Below are positions 1 through 11,519 of a stretch of 64,000 bases of DNA, in pieces (the stretch's first letter is position 1; each line of letters begins with the position of its first letter). The notes beneath the pieces are model-generated. The model was not told the origin of the DNA, ran no database searches, and saw only the letters and a program-made list of their open reading frames with translations. Source of the DNA: Dictyostelium discoideum (taxonomy: Eukaryota). The position numbers and the translations under genes are program-made. Where the stretch lies: positions 1,504,001 through 1,568,000 of the forward strand of contig CM000154.2 in assembly GCA_000004695.1 (NCBI GenBank), given 5' to 3'.

Positions 1-56
1 CATAGACGTAAGTTATTTAAATAGTCAATTAATTTAATAATAGAATTTTAAAAACT

Positions 57-104
<48 letters not shown>

Positions 105-578
105 GATATGATTACAATTGGTTTAACAAATTCATTTGTATTTTCAGATGAATGGTTTTCAAGATTATTTGTATCATTTTTACCATATAATACAGTTTTA
201 AGAATTTTTGATATTTTATTAAATGAAGGTTATAAAGTTTTATATAGAATTGGTTTGGCATTATTAAAAACTCATAAAAAACAATTAAAGAAACAAAAGG
301 ATATTGAAAAGTTTTTGTCAACTTTAAACAAATTAAATTTACAAATGTTTGATGCTGATGCTTTAATTAAAGTTGCTTTTGAAAGTATCTCTTTAAAAAG
401 AAGTCATTTAGAAGATATCAATGATAAACAAAATCATAAAGTTAAAGATGTACCTGAACCCGCACCAATTTATTATAGATCAAAAATTACAATACCTTCT
501 GTAATTTTAAATTCTGATGATGTAATTATTAAATTATTATTATTATTTATTATTTATATTTAATTTTATAAAATAATA

Positions 579-616
<38 letters not shown>

Positions 617-1171
617 CTTTTCTCTCTCTCTTCTAGTTTGAATTAATTTGGGCATGGTTACCACCAAGATTATCAGTTGCAACACCAAGAAAATTATTCA
701 ATTCAGTTACAGATGGTAATAATGTTAGATTATTATTTGAAAGTTTAGTTGAACATACTTGTATTTTAGTAGTTTTAAAATCTGATAATGGAAGTATTTT
801 TGGATTTTATAGTGACTCTGAAGTTCAACCAAAGTTTGGTTTTGGTGATAGAAATGTCTTTTTATTCACTCTTAAACCTCATGTTCATGTTTATAAACCA
901 ACTGAAAAAAATCAATTATATACAAGTTTTAAAGAACAATCAATTTCAATTGGTCATTCAAAGTATGTTTTTTTTTTTTTTTTTAATACAAAAAGTTCTT
1001 AATATTAACTTTTTTTTTTTTTATAGTTTGGGAGAGATAGGATTATTTATTGGTGCAGATTTAAATGGTAAAACTGGTGCCACGGAAACTTTTGGAAACC
1101 CATGTTTGAATGATAAAGATCAACATACTTTCCAAACTATTGTTTTAGAAGCATTCACAATTGAACAATAA
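1..1171 (+). CDS. TBC (Rab-GAP) / TLDc domain protein, 3' portion; 5' end lies outside the window. Exons approx 106-521, 637-962, 1027-1171, with a possible tiny exon end at 1-7.
   Basis: ORF 108-563 encodes the C-terminal part of a TBC fold (YNTVLRIFDILLNEGYKVLYRIGLALL). A GTAATT donor at 522 and a ...TTCTAG acceptor at 636 join in phase to FELIWAWLPPRL...LFESLVEHTCILVVLKSDNGSIFGFYSD. A second intron 963-1026 (GTATGT...TATAG) joins to LGEIGLFIGADLNGKTGATETFGNPCLNDKDQHTF, a classical TLDc motif. TAA at 1169-1171. Confidence 0.7.
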
Positions 1172-1495
1172 AAAAATATAATAACATGTAATTATAACAA
1201 CAAATACCAACAATAGTAAATAATTTTTTAGAATAATCTATTTTATTTTTCTGGAAAAAAAAAAAAAAAAAAACAACCGATGTAAATAAATATTTTTTTA
1301 ATTATTTCTTTTTTATTTCCAAGATATATTTTCACAATTTTTTAATAATTTCTTTATTTTTGTTTTTTTTATTTTTTTTTTTTATACCAAACCTTGAGTA
1401 ATTTTGAAATTGATTGGGGTGATAAAAAATTTCCCGAACACATTTATTATTTATTATTACACGATATAATGCTTTATTTTCTTATTTTTTTTTAT

Positions 1496-2390
1496 TTATT
1501 TTTCTAATGTTATTTTTTTAATTTCACCATAAAACTCACCTAAATCAATTTCAAATTTACCATCTTTTTCAACCTCTTTATCAAATAAATTGCCACGATG
1601 TCTTAGTTTTGATTTTGGCAATAGGTCTCTGAAGCTTTTTAAATCACTTTGATTTTTAAATATGATAGGATTACTTTGGTAGTTTTCTATTAGACTTTTC
1701 ATAGTCTGATCAGTATCAAGATTTTAATATCTTTCTTTTGTAATAGGTGATGGATAATGGATACATTTCCATTTATAAAAGTATCTGCAAGAATTTTACC
1801 TTGTACACTTGTTATATTTGGAGGAATTATTACCTTAGATATAACTGATGAATTAGAACTGTTGTGATTTTTATCATTATCTTGTATGTCAATAGAAATT
1901 TTTCCACTTTGGTTATTAATGTCCATTCTGAATGGCAATTTTTTTTCTCCAGAGTATAAAGCAACTGATTTTATACGACTTTCTCCATTTAATAAAATTT
2001 CAGGTTCTTGACCAATCTTTTCAATAATGTTTTGATAAACTTCTAATGATAGTTTTTTTGTAAAATGTTTCAATTTTTCAACTTGAATGATACTATCGGT
2101 GTGTGTGTAGTTATTATCAGATTTACCCTTATACAAATGATCTATGGAATTAGGTGTACTTATACCTTCATCTGTTTCATATGCCACAGTTTTTTTATTT
2201 GCATCAATTAAAAGAGCTTTTGAATGATTTAAATTAGATGCAGCTTCACCATGATCGCCTATTTTAGTATTTATACTGTAATTAAGTTCATACATATCAC
2301 TTTGATTTTCTTTTAATAATATTTGAAGGATATTTTCAAATTCACTATCGACCGGGTAAATATGAACTATATTAGTGTTTTTTTCCTATT
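1496..2390 (-). CDS. Hypothetical protein. Two overlapping reading frames (2295-1699 and 1702-1496) joined only by a 1-nt frameshift, so either a pseudogene or a sequencing frameshift. The open frame extends upstream to about 2390.
   Basis: Six-frame track ORFs 1699-2295(-) and 1496-1702(-) overlap by 4 nt in different frames. GC content is locally higher than in flanking spacer. No recognisable domain. Confidence 0.35.
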
Positions 2391-2574
2391 CCCAGGCAGA
2401 AATCGATTTTTTCGAACATTATTTTTTTTTTTTTTTTTTTTTTTAAAGAAATTAATTAAATGAAAGATCTATATTTAGATCTTAGGAAGTTAGTCTATTT
2501 TATTTTATTTTTATCTTTTTCCTAAAAAAATCTTTTTTTTTTATTTTTTTTTATTTTTTATTTTAATTTATAAT

Positions 2575-3971
2575 AATGAGAAGAGAGAATGAATGTAAAG
2601 AAAATGGAGAAAAAAGAAATAATGTAAATTCATTTAATAAAATCATTAAGCTAAGAGTAACTGATGATATTGAATATAGTGAATTATTATTTTGGAAGAT
2701 ATTTAGAAATAGTGATCAATAAAACAATAATGTCATTCATGGATAAACGATTCACACCAAAATATAAAACAATTTCAGATGGAGCTGAAATGATTCGAAA
2801 TAATCAATTCAGTCTATTAAAAGATAAAATTAAAATAAATTGCAGATATTTACAATTTCATGACAAAAGATATTCACAATTTTATGACAAAATAGGTTGT
2901 GAAATTGAAGTTTTAATAAATTATTTAAAACAATCGTTCGCGATAATCAATTTTACAGAAAATTCTTTAGAAACCACCTTTTTGAATATAGAAATAGAGG
3001 AGTAATCATTTCATTAATTATATCAAAGAATTTACAAGTATATCAACTATTCATAGAAGAGTTTAATCATATACCAACTGTTGAGGATTTAAAAATAGCA
3101 ACTTCATTTGGTGCAAACAAATTCATTAGATATCTATTAGAAAAATCACAACTAGAACAACCAAAATTTGAAAGATGATTTAGACAATTATAATTCAATC
3201 TATACAATAGTTACTTCATATAAATCATCAAATTTAAAGAGAGATATGTTTAAAGGATTACTATGCTATTTTAATTGTTATCAAAGTTTAAGAGATCATA
3301 ATAATAATAATAAATAATAATAATAATAATAATAAATTTCAAGAACTAACGATTGATACTCTTTTGAGTATTCACTCGAATAGAGAAAATGGGTTTATAA
3401 TAAAATCAACATCAACAATAAAATCACTATTTAGAGTTTGTAAATTAATATTAAAATTAAAAGTAATGACGAAAACAAATGAATCAGCAAACAACTAATC
3501 AGATTCAGCATCTCCTTCAATTACAATTCAATATATTGAAACATTTATAAAAATAACACCAAAAGAAAAATTAAAATCAACATTAGGAAACCCAATAAAT
3601 TCCAACTTTAACAATGATTGCAAGTATGATGATAGTGATGATGATGATGATGAACAACGTTTTTCTAAATTAATAGCATATCAAATTCAAGAATATTATA
3701 GTAATAGAAATAGAATACCACGGAAAGTATTCTATAAATCAAAAAGTGGTCAAATGGTTCAATTAATTCGTAAACATTGCAGAGATTCAGACTTTTGAAG
3801 TTATGGAAGTTTTTTTAGCTCATTATCAATCAACACATAACCTTTCACCTTCTCCACATTTTAAAGACGCCGAAGAAGTTAGTAATTAATTGCTTGGCTA
3901 ACAAGAACTATTTTTATATACACCCGATTTAGACAGTAGTTTTTTCAAAAGATTTGATAAACAACCTGAAG

Positions 3972-4034
<63 letters not shown>

Positions 4035-5463
4035 GTTGTAGGTCTAATGATGATAATGATGAACATAAAATCTTTATAAAGAAATTATTGGATGAATATT
4101 ATTCGATATTTTGTAAAGATAGATCAGCCATTTTATATTATTATTATTATGATGGATTTAATAATATCAATTTAGAAAATAAAAGTTTATACAGTGTAGA
4201 TTTAGAAGAATATTATGAATCATTTAGATTTGGAATTCCAACATTTGACTTGGTTGGCCATTTTCTTTGTGACTACCTTAACTTTTCATCATTGATAGAT
4301 ATCATGGAATATCCATATAAAAAGTCAATTAATATTTTATTCTCAAACTGTACAGATAGATTAAAAAGATTCGGTTTATAGATAAAGCCATTCAATCAAT
4401 AAAATCAGATGGTTTGCGAAATGTTGAAAATCAATTAACGAATTTCTTTCGTATGGTTGTCATGCACGACGATTTAGAATTAATAAAGTATTTTTTTAAA
4501 CAAGTTAATGGTTATCAATTAGATTTAGGTGGAAATTCACACTACTTATATAGATTTCACCCGACAATTTATATTGGTTCGGTAGATGTTTTAAATTATT
4601 TATTTGAAAATCATAGAGAATACTATTGACCATAAAAACAACTATTATTCCTATTTCGAGAATTTAGAATTATTAAAACATTTTGAAGGATTAACACTCA
4701 AAGTTCCATCAACATCAAGACTTGGTGGATACTTGCAACACTATACTAGAGGTGATAATTTTTAAAATTACGTATCACATCACCAGAAACCGTTTGTATT
4801 TGAGTACTGATTTGATTGAATCAATTTTTTCTTTCTTTCCAGAGAAAACAAGATTCCCAATCAATTTTATTCAATCTACAACTATTAATCTTAAAACATA
4901 CAAACTATTAACAACCATCGTACTTATACAAAGAAATTTCAAAGCCATAAGAATTGGACCAGATGTCTTCTCCAAAGATTTTTTAAACTTTTTAGATTGG
5001 ATATTTACAAATTATCCTAATATGATGAAAATAGGAGGAAGATTTTTTAATTAAAATCAACTACTTAAATTATTTCTTTTTCTAGCTAATAGGTTAAACA
5101 CTGGTGAAATTACTGATAATAATGAACTTGGATACATTCTATGCATCTAATTATGAACATTTTTCATGTTATAATAATTTTAAATATTTAGATTCAATGT
5201 TAAAAAATGTTAAAGATAATGAAATCTTTTTTAGGGCTATTGTAATTGCTGTTGCTAATTCAAGATTACATATTTTAGAATTTTTAAATGAAAAATGTGG
5301 TGATCTTGTAAAAGAAATAAAGAATTATAAAGGATTTAATTTTTTTCTAAATCAAGAATTTCCAAGAGATAATGTAAGGGTATCAGAATTTCTACTTCAA
5401 TTAATTAACCAAGCAGATTCAGAAAAATTATTTGGTCAAAAATCATTATTATATTTCAAATAA
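2575..5463 (+). pseudogene. Family X copy A: full-length but decayed copy of an unknown multi-copy gene family, with several in-frame stops and frameshifts.
   Basis: The 5' module 2575-2810 is about 95% identical to 6087-6320. The middle region 2930-3330 is homologous to 9600-10040. It carries an (AAT)n tract at 3971-4032 in the same position as the tract at 10044-10134. Segment 4088-4629 is homologous to the intact ORF 10186-10830 but broken (RFGL* at 4381, frame change before 4414). The tail 5104-5463 is homologous to the fragment at 12820-12960. Confidence 0.6.
3971..4032 (+). repeat. (AAT)21 in family X copy A.
   Basis: Orthologous position to the (AAT)~30 at 10044-10134 in copy C, with a different length. 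Confidence 0.85.
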
Positions 5464-6086
5464 ATTAAAGTCTTTAAATAAATAAATTTTTATTTTATTT
5501 CTTTTTTAGAAACTTTTTTTTTTTTTTTTTTTTGTAGTAAACATTTCATAAAAAGAGAAATTAAATATAATCATATATTAATTAAATATAAAAAGATTAT
5601 AAATAAATTATAAATAAAAAAGATATAAAAAAGATATAAAATAGATTTTTTTTTTTTTTTTCACTGTTTCATCGATTTTATTTATTATTATTCTTATTAT
5701 TCCCATGAATTTATTATTATAGTTAATTCTTTAATTATATATATATTTTTTTTTTAAATAATAATTTTATTTTATTTATTTTAATATGGATTTGGTATAG
5801 AAATAGAACACTCTAAAATACACAAAATGATATAAAAAATGAATGTAATTATTTTTTTTTAATTTTTATTTTTTTTATTTAAATGATTGCATTCTTTTTT
5901 TTTAAAAGAATGATTACATTTATTTTTTGTATTTTTTATATCATTTTATGTATTTTTGAGTACTCTATTTATATGTACTAAATTATATTAAAAATTAATA
6001 AAATTAAATTGTTTAAAAAAAAAAAAAAAAAAAAAAATTTCATTTTTTTTTTTTTTACTTTTTTTTTTTTTTATTTTGGTTTATAA

Positions 6087-6334
6087 TAATGAAAAGAGAG
6101 AATGAATGTAAAGAAAATGGGGAAAAAAGAAATAATGTAAATTCATTTAATAAAATCATTAAGCTAACAGTAACTGATGATATTGAATATGTGAATTATT
6201 ATTTTGGAAGATATTTAGAAATAGTGATCAATAAAATAATAATGTCATTCATGGATAAACGATTCACACCAAAATATAAAACAATTTCAGATGGAGCTGA
6301 AATGATTCGAAATAAATTTTTTGAAAAATATTGA
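6087..6334 (+). pseudogene. Family X copy B: 5' module only, truncated where it abuts or overlaps the 3' end of the minus-strand gene at 6264-7428.
   Basis: About 230 bp near-identical to 2575-2810, including the non-coding leader. The ORF 6089-6334 ends after homology stops. Confidence 0.55.
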
Positions 6335-7428
6335 CTGTAAAGAGATCTTGAATATTTTTGACTTGAACTAAATGATCACTACCACTATAGTAGTGTAATA
6401 CATCTCTGAATTGAAAAAGAGGTAAGGAACCATCTTCGTTAACTTTGGGTGATTGATAAAGTATTGATGCAGTTTTATACATTTCAAGTCTTTCTACTAC
6501 TTCCTTGATACATTCTGCTGTACAATCTTCCCCAAATTCAAATTCCAGTAAGTTATCATATTGAAAAAGGTTTCAGTAAAATCTGGAAATTTACTACTAT
6601 TATTTTCGAGACGTGGTGTATAGTTGAAATAACAAGAGTTTTCTTCCTTGAAACCACCTACCAAAATGGATATAATTTGAAAAGCACGAGGGCCCATTAT
6701 CATCAAACTTTTTTGGTATATTAACATCATTATAGTACCAACATACAGAGTTCATATAGTTTTTAAACATGGCCTATGTATATTGTATCATTTTTTTTTT
6801 ACATTCTTCACTACATCCATTTTTGATATCAGGAAAAAGATCACCCCTCATGAATTCTTCGATAACAGCAAATGATGTGCCACTGCCTACTCTTTGGAAC
6901 AAATCTTCAAAATTATATTTATCATGAACGCACATTCCAACAATTGTATATAAAAAATGAAATAAAAAAAATAAAAAAAAAAAAAAAAATAAAAAATCAA
7001 TTAATAAAAACTTTTTTTTTTTTTTAATTTTTAATTTTTATTTTTTAACTATGTAAGGTATTTGGATAATCTGGAAGGCTACCATCTTCATTTAATTCAA
7101 TTGATAAATCAAAACCATGTTCAAAATCTTTTTTATTTCCACGTCCCGATAATGAATCTAGATATGAGCCTGGGGTGATACTTTTATCTCTAATTAACTT
7201 GGCGTCGTTGAAGAACCAGCACAAGGCATTGGATTGATATTTGTACACATATTGGGTTATTTTTATCATCTTTTCTTTACACTCATTGGTACATCCTTGA
7301 GTAAATAAAGGGAAGTTGTCCCCTACTGTCAATATTTCTAAATACCTAAGAGGTACTTTTACAGCACCATCAAAGGTTAGGCTCTCGTGAGGGCACACTT
7401 TATATTTTCTACAATTATAATTTAACAT
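6264..7428 (-). pseudogene. Hypothetical gene built from two tandem copies of a Cys-containing ~120-aa module. The distal copy carries a stop and frameshifts, so it is probably a pseudogene or heavily intron-interrupted.
   Basis: Module 1 (7428-7045) contains ...GCTNECKEKMIKITQYVYKYQSNALCWFFNDAKLIRDK...EDGSLPDYPNTL. Module 2 (6960-6264) contains ...GCSEECKKKMIQYT*AMFKNYMNSVCWYYNDVNIPKK...EDGSLPLFQ, with TAG and frame changes near 6780 and 6700. An intron-like AT spacer lies at 6960-7044. Confidence 0.4.
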
Positions 7429-7817
7429 TTTAAAAATATATGTAAAATATTGGGTGGTGGTTAAATAAAAGCTATTTTTTTTTAAAAAAAAAAAAAATAA
7501 AAAAAAAAAAAAAAATAAAAATAAAATAAAAAAAAAAATTAATAAAAATAAACAACCTAAATAATTAAGAAAAGTTGGGTTATTTGTATTTTACATTTTT
7601 TTTTATGAAAACAACCACTAAAAATATACATACAATTAAAGTTAAAAATAGAAACAAGCAAAACAAAAATGGTAGCAAATTAAAATAATAATAATAAAAA
7701 TAAATTAAATAAAAATAAATTAAAAAATTATTTAAATAAAAAAAAAAAAAAAATTACCATTAAATTAATTATTTTTTTTATCTTCATTATATACAATTTA
7801 ATTTCATTAATTTTTTA

Positions 7818-9272
7818 ATGGCAAAACTAAAAATAATTATTTATATTGTAATAATTTTTTGTAGTAGTATCCAATTTTCTTTTGGATACGAAAAGGCGAT
7901 TGCTTCATTTTATCCACCTCCAGGTGATTTGCATCCCACTACTCATAATTTTTGGGCATGTAATAGTGTCATTAACCAAAACGGTGGATTCGGTCCACTT
8001 GAATGCAATAATGCCGGTATCTATGCAATTTTCTCGACCGCCAATGAGATCATCGACGGTAATGAATACATGCTTCCACTATTTTATATTGGAAGATCCA
8101 CTATAGATGTTCGAGATAGAATTGCTGATCACAGTAGACGAAACCATGTTGATAATGATTTCATTGTGTGTTATATGCGTTTCCCAGCATTGGATGATTA
8201 TGGTTACAGTAACAAAGTAACACCCGTTGAACAAGCTCTCCTTCACCAATTCAAAACTCAATTCAACTCATGGGATAACCTCGGTTTTGATCCACAGTAT
8301 GATACTGCTTATCCAGATGAAAATGGTTTGGGATGGGATATCCTTGCATCTTTTTATAATATGGATATCAATGCTCCATCTTTTAATATTGAAAAAGAGC
8401 CAGGCTTTGTATGGAATGGTCAAACTAATGGACATACTGAACGTTTCGTCCAATCATCATTAAAAGCTGATCAATCTGAAATATTTCCAGAGGGTATACC
8501 ATTCAGAACTGGTGAAGTAGCCATAGAAGGCAGTGATTTCTGTAATAGAACTGAAGAGGATTATACTTTTCATTCGCAGGGCTACTACCTAAGAATATCA
8601 AATGCTTTGGCATCAAGAAATAAGAATTCAAATCAAAATCAAAATCAAAATCAAAATCAAAATCAAAATCAAAATCAAAATCAAAATCAAAATCAAAATC
8701 AAAATCAAAATCATAATCAGAATCAAAATCCACATTCAAACTTTCAGGTTTCTAATGATCAATTAATTGCTATAGATGTTGGTATTGCAGGTGGTGCTAT
8801 CGTTGCAGGCGCTGGTGCAGCAGCAGCCGGTGCAGCAGCCGGTGCTGAGGGTGGTGCCGCAGGAGTTGCTTCCAGAGCTGGTGGTTATATTTCTCGTACT
8901 GCTAGTCGTGTTGGTAACTCTATACGTAGCAGAGCTACTCGTTATGCTAATCAAGGTTACAATTCCATGAGAAATGGTGCACAAAGAGCTGGCAACGGCG
9001 CACGTAATTATGCTAATGAAGGTTACAATTCCGTGAGAGATGGTGCACAAAGAGCTGGCAACGGCGCACGTAATTATGCTCAACAAGGTTATCAAGCATG
9101 GAGAGAAGGTGTCAATGAGATTGGTGATGATATCGCCAATACTGCACATGATGTAGGTGATGGTTTCGCCAATACTGCACGTGAAGTAGGTGATGGAATT
9201 AGAATCACTGCAGAGGAGGGATATGAACTCATTAAAGATGGAGCTGAAGAAACTTGGGTGAAGAAATATTAA
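7818..9272 (+). CDS. Secreted/membrane protein with an N-terminal GIY-YIG nuclease-like domain, an (NQ)n repeat, a Gly/Ala hydrophobic segment and an Arg/Gly/Asn-rich repeat tail.
   Basis: Continuous 484-codon ORF starting with a cleavable-signal-like MAKLKIIIYIVIIFCSSIQFSFG. Motifs: GIYAIFS...(20 aa)...YIGRSTIDVRDRIADHSRR, then VEQALLHQFKTQFNSWDNLGF, matching the GIY...YIG-x-S/T..R...H...E..FWI..L..GYN signature of GIY-YIG endonucleases (compare I-TevI). (AATCAAAATC)n at 8630-8720 encodes NQNQ... LIAIDVGIAGGAIVAGAGAAAAGAAAGA is a candidate TM segment. Three repeats follow of RAGNGARNYA(N/Q)(E/Q)GY. Confidence 0.6.
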   Translation: MAKLKIIIYIVIIFCSSIQFSFGYEKAIASFYPPPGDLHPTTHNFWACNSVINQNGGFGPLECNNAGIYAIFSTANEIIDGNEYMLPLFYIGRSTIDVRDRIADHSRRNHVDNDFIVCYMRFPALDDYGYSNKVTPVEQALLHQFKTQFNSWDNLGFDPQYDTAYPDENGLGWDILASFYNMDINAPSFNIEKEPGFVWNGQTNGHTERFVQSSLKADQSEIFPEGIPFRTGEVAIEGSDFCNRTEEDYTFHSQGYYLRISNALASRNKNSNQNQNQNQNQNQNQNQNQNQNQNQNQNHNQNQNPHSNFQVSNDQLIAIDVGIAGGAIVAGAGAAAAGAAAGAEGGAAGVASRAGGYISRTASRVGNSIRSRATRYANQGYNSMRNGAQRAGNGARNYANEGYNSVRDGAQRAGNGARNYAQQGYQAWREGVNEIGDDIANTAHDVGDGFANTAREVGDGIRITAEEGYELIKDGAEETWVKKY

Positions 9273-9311
9273 AGGTTATCCTTAATTAAAATTAAAAAAG
9301 CACAACAAAGA

Positions 9312-9485
9312 ATGGCTGAACAAGAAGAAAGAAGAAGGTTGATGCAAGAAGAAAGTGAAAGAAGACGATTGCAAAGAAACAGAGAAAGACAAGAGCCAAT
9401 TAGAACTTATACAACTGCACAAGAAGCTCAACGATATATACCCAAACCTGGTAACTTTGCACGTAAAAGAGGTGCAAGAAATTAA
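9312..9485 (+). CDS. Small basic Arg/Glu-rich ORF (57 aa) 40 bp downstream of the GIY-YIG-like gene. Could be an independent micro-gene, a 3' exon, or a by-chance ORF.
   Basis: ATG at 9312 to TAA at 9483. MAEQEERRRLMQEESERRRLQRNRERQEPIRTY.... Locally GC-richer than spacer. Confidence 0.2.
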   Translation: MAEQEERRRLMQEESERRRLQRNRERQEPIRTYTTAQEAQRYIPKPGNFARKRGARN

Positions 9486-9599
9486 AAAAAGAAAAAATAA
9501 AAATAATTAAAAGAAATAAAAAAAAAAAAAATTAAAAATTAAAAATTTTAAAAAAAAAAAAATAAACTACATCTCTTATATATAAAATAAATTATTCAA

Positions 9600-10042
9600 A
9601 ACAATCATTAGCGATAATGAATTTTACAGAAAATTCTTTAGAAACCACCTTTTTGAATTTACTAATAGAAAAGTAATCATTTCATTAATTACATCAAAGA
9701 ATTTACAAGTATATCAACTTTTTATAGAAGAGTTTAATCATACACCATCTGTTTATGATCTAAAAATAGTAATTTCAGTTGGTGCTAACAAATTCATTAG
9801 ATATCTATTAGAACAATCACAACTAGAACAATCAAAATTTAAAATAAACATATCAAAAGATGATTTAGATAATTATAATTCAATTGATACAATAGTTGCT
9901 CCAAATAAAGTTATTTCAAATTTAAGAAAAATTATTATAAATAATTCTTCTAAATTTTTTTTTCCATTTAAATTATTAAATTTAAAGAGAGATATGTTTA
10001 AAGGATTACTATGCTATTTTAATTGTTATCAAAGTTAAAGAG

Positions 10043-10135
<93 letters not shown>

Positions 10136-10830
10136 GTTGTAGGTCTAATGATGATGATGAACATAAAACCTTTATAAAGAAATTATTGGATGAATATTAT
10201 TCAATATTTTGTAAAGATAGATCAGTCATTATATATTATTATTACGATGGATTTAATAATATCAATTTAGAAAATAATAGTTTATACAGTGTAGATTTAG
10301 AAGAATATTATGAATCATTTAGATTTGGAATTCCAACATTTGACTTGGTTGGTCATTTTCTTTATGACCACCTTAATTTTAAATCATTGATAGATATCAT
10401 GGAATATCCATATAAAAAGTCAATTAATATTTTATTCTCAAATTGTACAGATAGATTAAAAAAGATTCAGTTAATAGATAAAGCCATTCAATCAATAAAA
10501 TCAGATGGTTTGCGAAATGTTGAAAATCAATTAACGAATTTCTTTTATATGGTTGTCATGCACGACGATTTAGAATTAATAAAGTATTTTTTCAAACAAA
10601 TTAATGGTTATCAATTACATTTGGGTGGTGGGGGTGGAGATTTACATTACTTATATATGTTTAACCCAACAATTTATATTGGTTCGGTAGATGTTTTAAA
10701 TTATTTATTTGAAAATCATAGAGAATATTTTATTGATGATAAATATAACTATTATTCCTATTTCAAGAATTTAGAATTATTAAAACACTTTGAAGCATTA
10801 TATATTTCAAATAAATCTTTAAATAAATAA
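9600..10830 (+). CDS. Family X copy C: middle and C-terminal portions. The C-terminal half (10186-10830, 214 aa) is an intact ORF. Upstream part 9670-10038 is open but separated by the (AAT)n tract and lacks the 5' module.
   Basis: Homology to copy A at 2930-3330 and 4088-4700. Contains IVISVGANKFIRYLLEQSQLEQ (ankyrin-like turn). (AAT)n at 10044-10134. Confidence 0.5.
10044..10134 (+). repeat. (AAT)~30 in family X copy C.
   Basis: Same flanks (...CYFNCYQS / SCRSNDD..HKTFIKKLLDEYYS) as in copy A. Confidence 0.85.
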
Positions 10831-10889
10831 ATAAATAAAAAAATTTAAAATAAAAATATTAACTGGGTTTAGAAAAAAAAATAATCAAA

Positions 10890-11230
10890 TATATATTATT
10901 AAGCAATTTCAAGTTGATCTGTGTAATCATTGATGCAGAATGGTCTGCGAAACTTTGGAACTTTTATCTTTGATCACTATCATTCAGAGGGTGGCTTCTT
11001 ATGTTGCCATCATATAGAATTGTTCTGGATACTGCTTCAATCACCATTACAAAGAGAGTAGGTGATAATGTATCTCCCTGTTTTACTCCTCTTTTTATAG
11101 TAAAGGGGGGTGTGAGTTTTCCATTGATTTCTATCCTGTTTTGAGTCTGTCAGTGGTTTCATAATTAGGTTTGTTAGGTTGGTGAGAACTTTGATATGTT
11201 AAACGTTCTAAGTATTAATTTTAAAAAAGT
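10890..11230 (-). mobile_element. Fragment of a non-LTR retrotransposon ORF2 (reverse-transcriptase palm motif).
   Basis: Minus-strand translation gives ...FTIKRGVKQGDTLSPTLFVMVIEAVSRTILYDG..., the canonical RT motif (R-G-V-R/K-Q-G-D-x-L-S-P-x-L-F) of LINE-like elements (TRE-type in dictyostelids). Locally GC-rich (~40%). Flanked by stops, so a fragment. Confidence 0.6.
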
Positions 11231-11519
11231 TATTTATCTCTGATTTTTTTTTTTTTTAATATTATAAAATCAGTGTTTATCCATGGTTATTCTTTTTTAA
11301 TTTGAGTTATCTAAGAGTTTTAATTTTAAAATGAAGTGTAGTTAAAATTGGTTTTGTGAATTGTTCGAATAGGTGTTTTTTTTTTTTTTATTTTATTTAT
11401 TCTTGTCGTCAGTATTGTTACTATAATTAATCCCATGAGTTTTTTTTTATTATTATTTTTTATTCTTTTATATTTGAGATGATTATTATTAATTAAATGA
11501 CTTTGAGTTTTTTTTTTTA

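Noticed and set aside
8503-9149. Minus-strand ORFs 8503-8739 (DFDFDF...) and 8763-9149, and plus-strand ORF 8776-8970
   Set aside because: They are antisense or alternative-frame readings of the NQ-repeat and Gly/Ala-rich coding repeats of the 7818-9272 gene. No independent start context. Repeat-driven artefacts.
9655-9682. Possible micro-intron (GTAATC...CAAAG) that would rescue the frame in family X copy C
   Set aside because: At 27 nt it is far below the minimum intron length seen elsewhere in this window (about 70-110 nt) and lacks a canonical GTAAGT donor.
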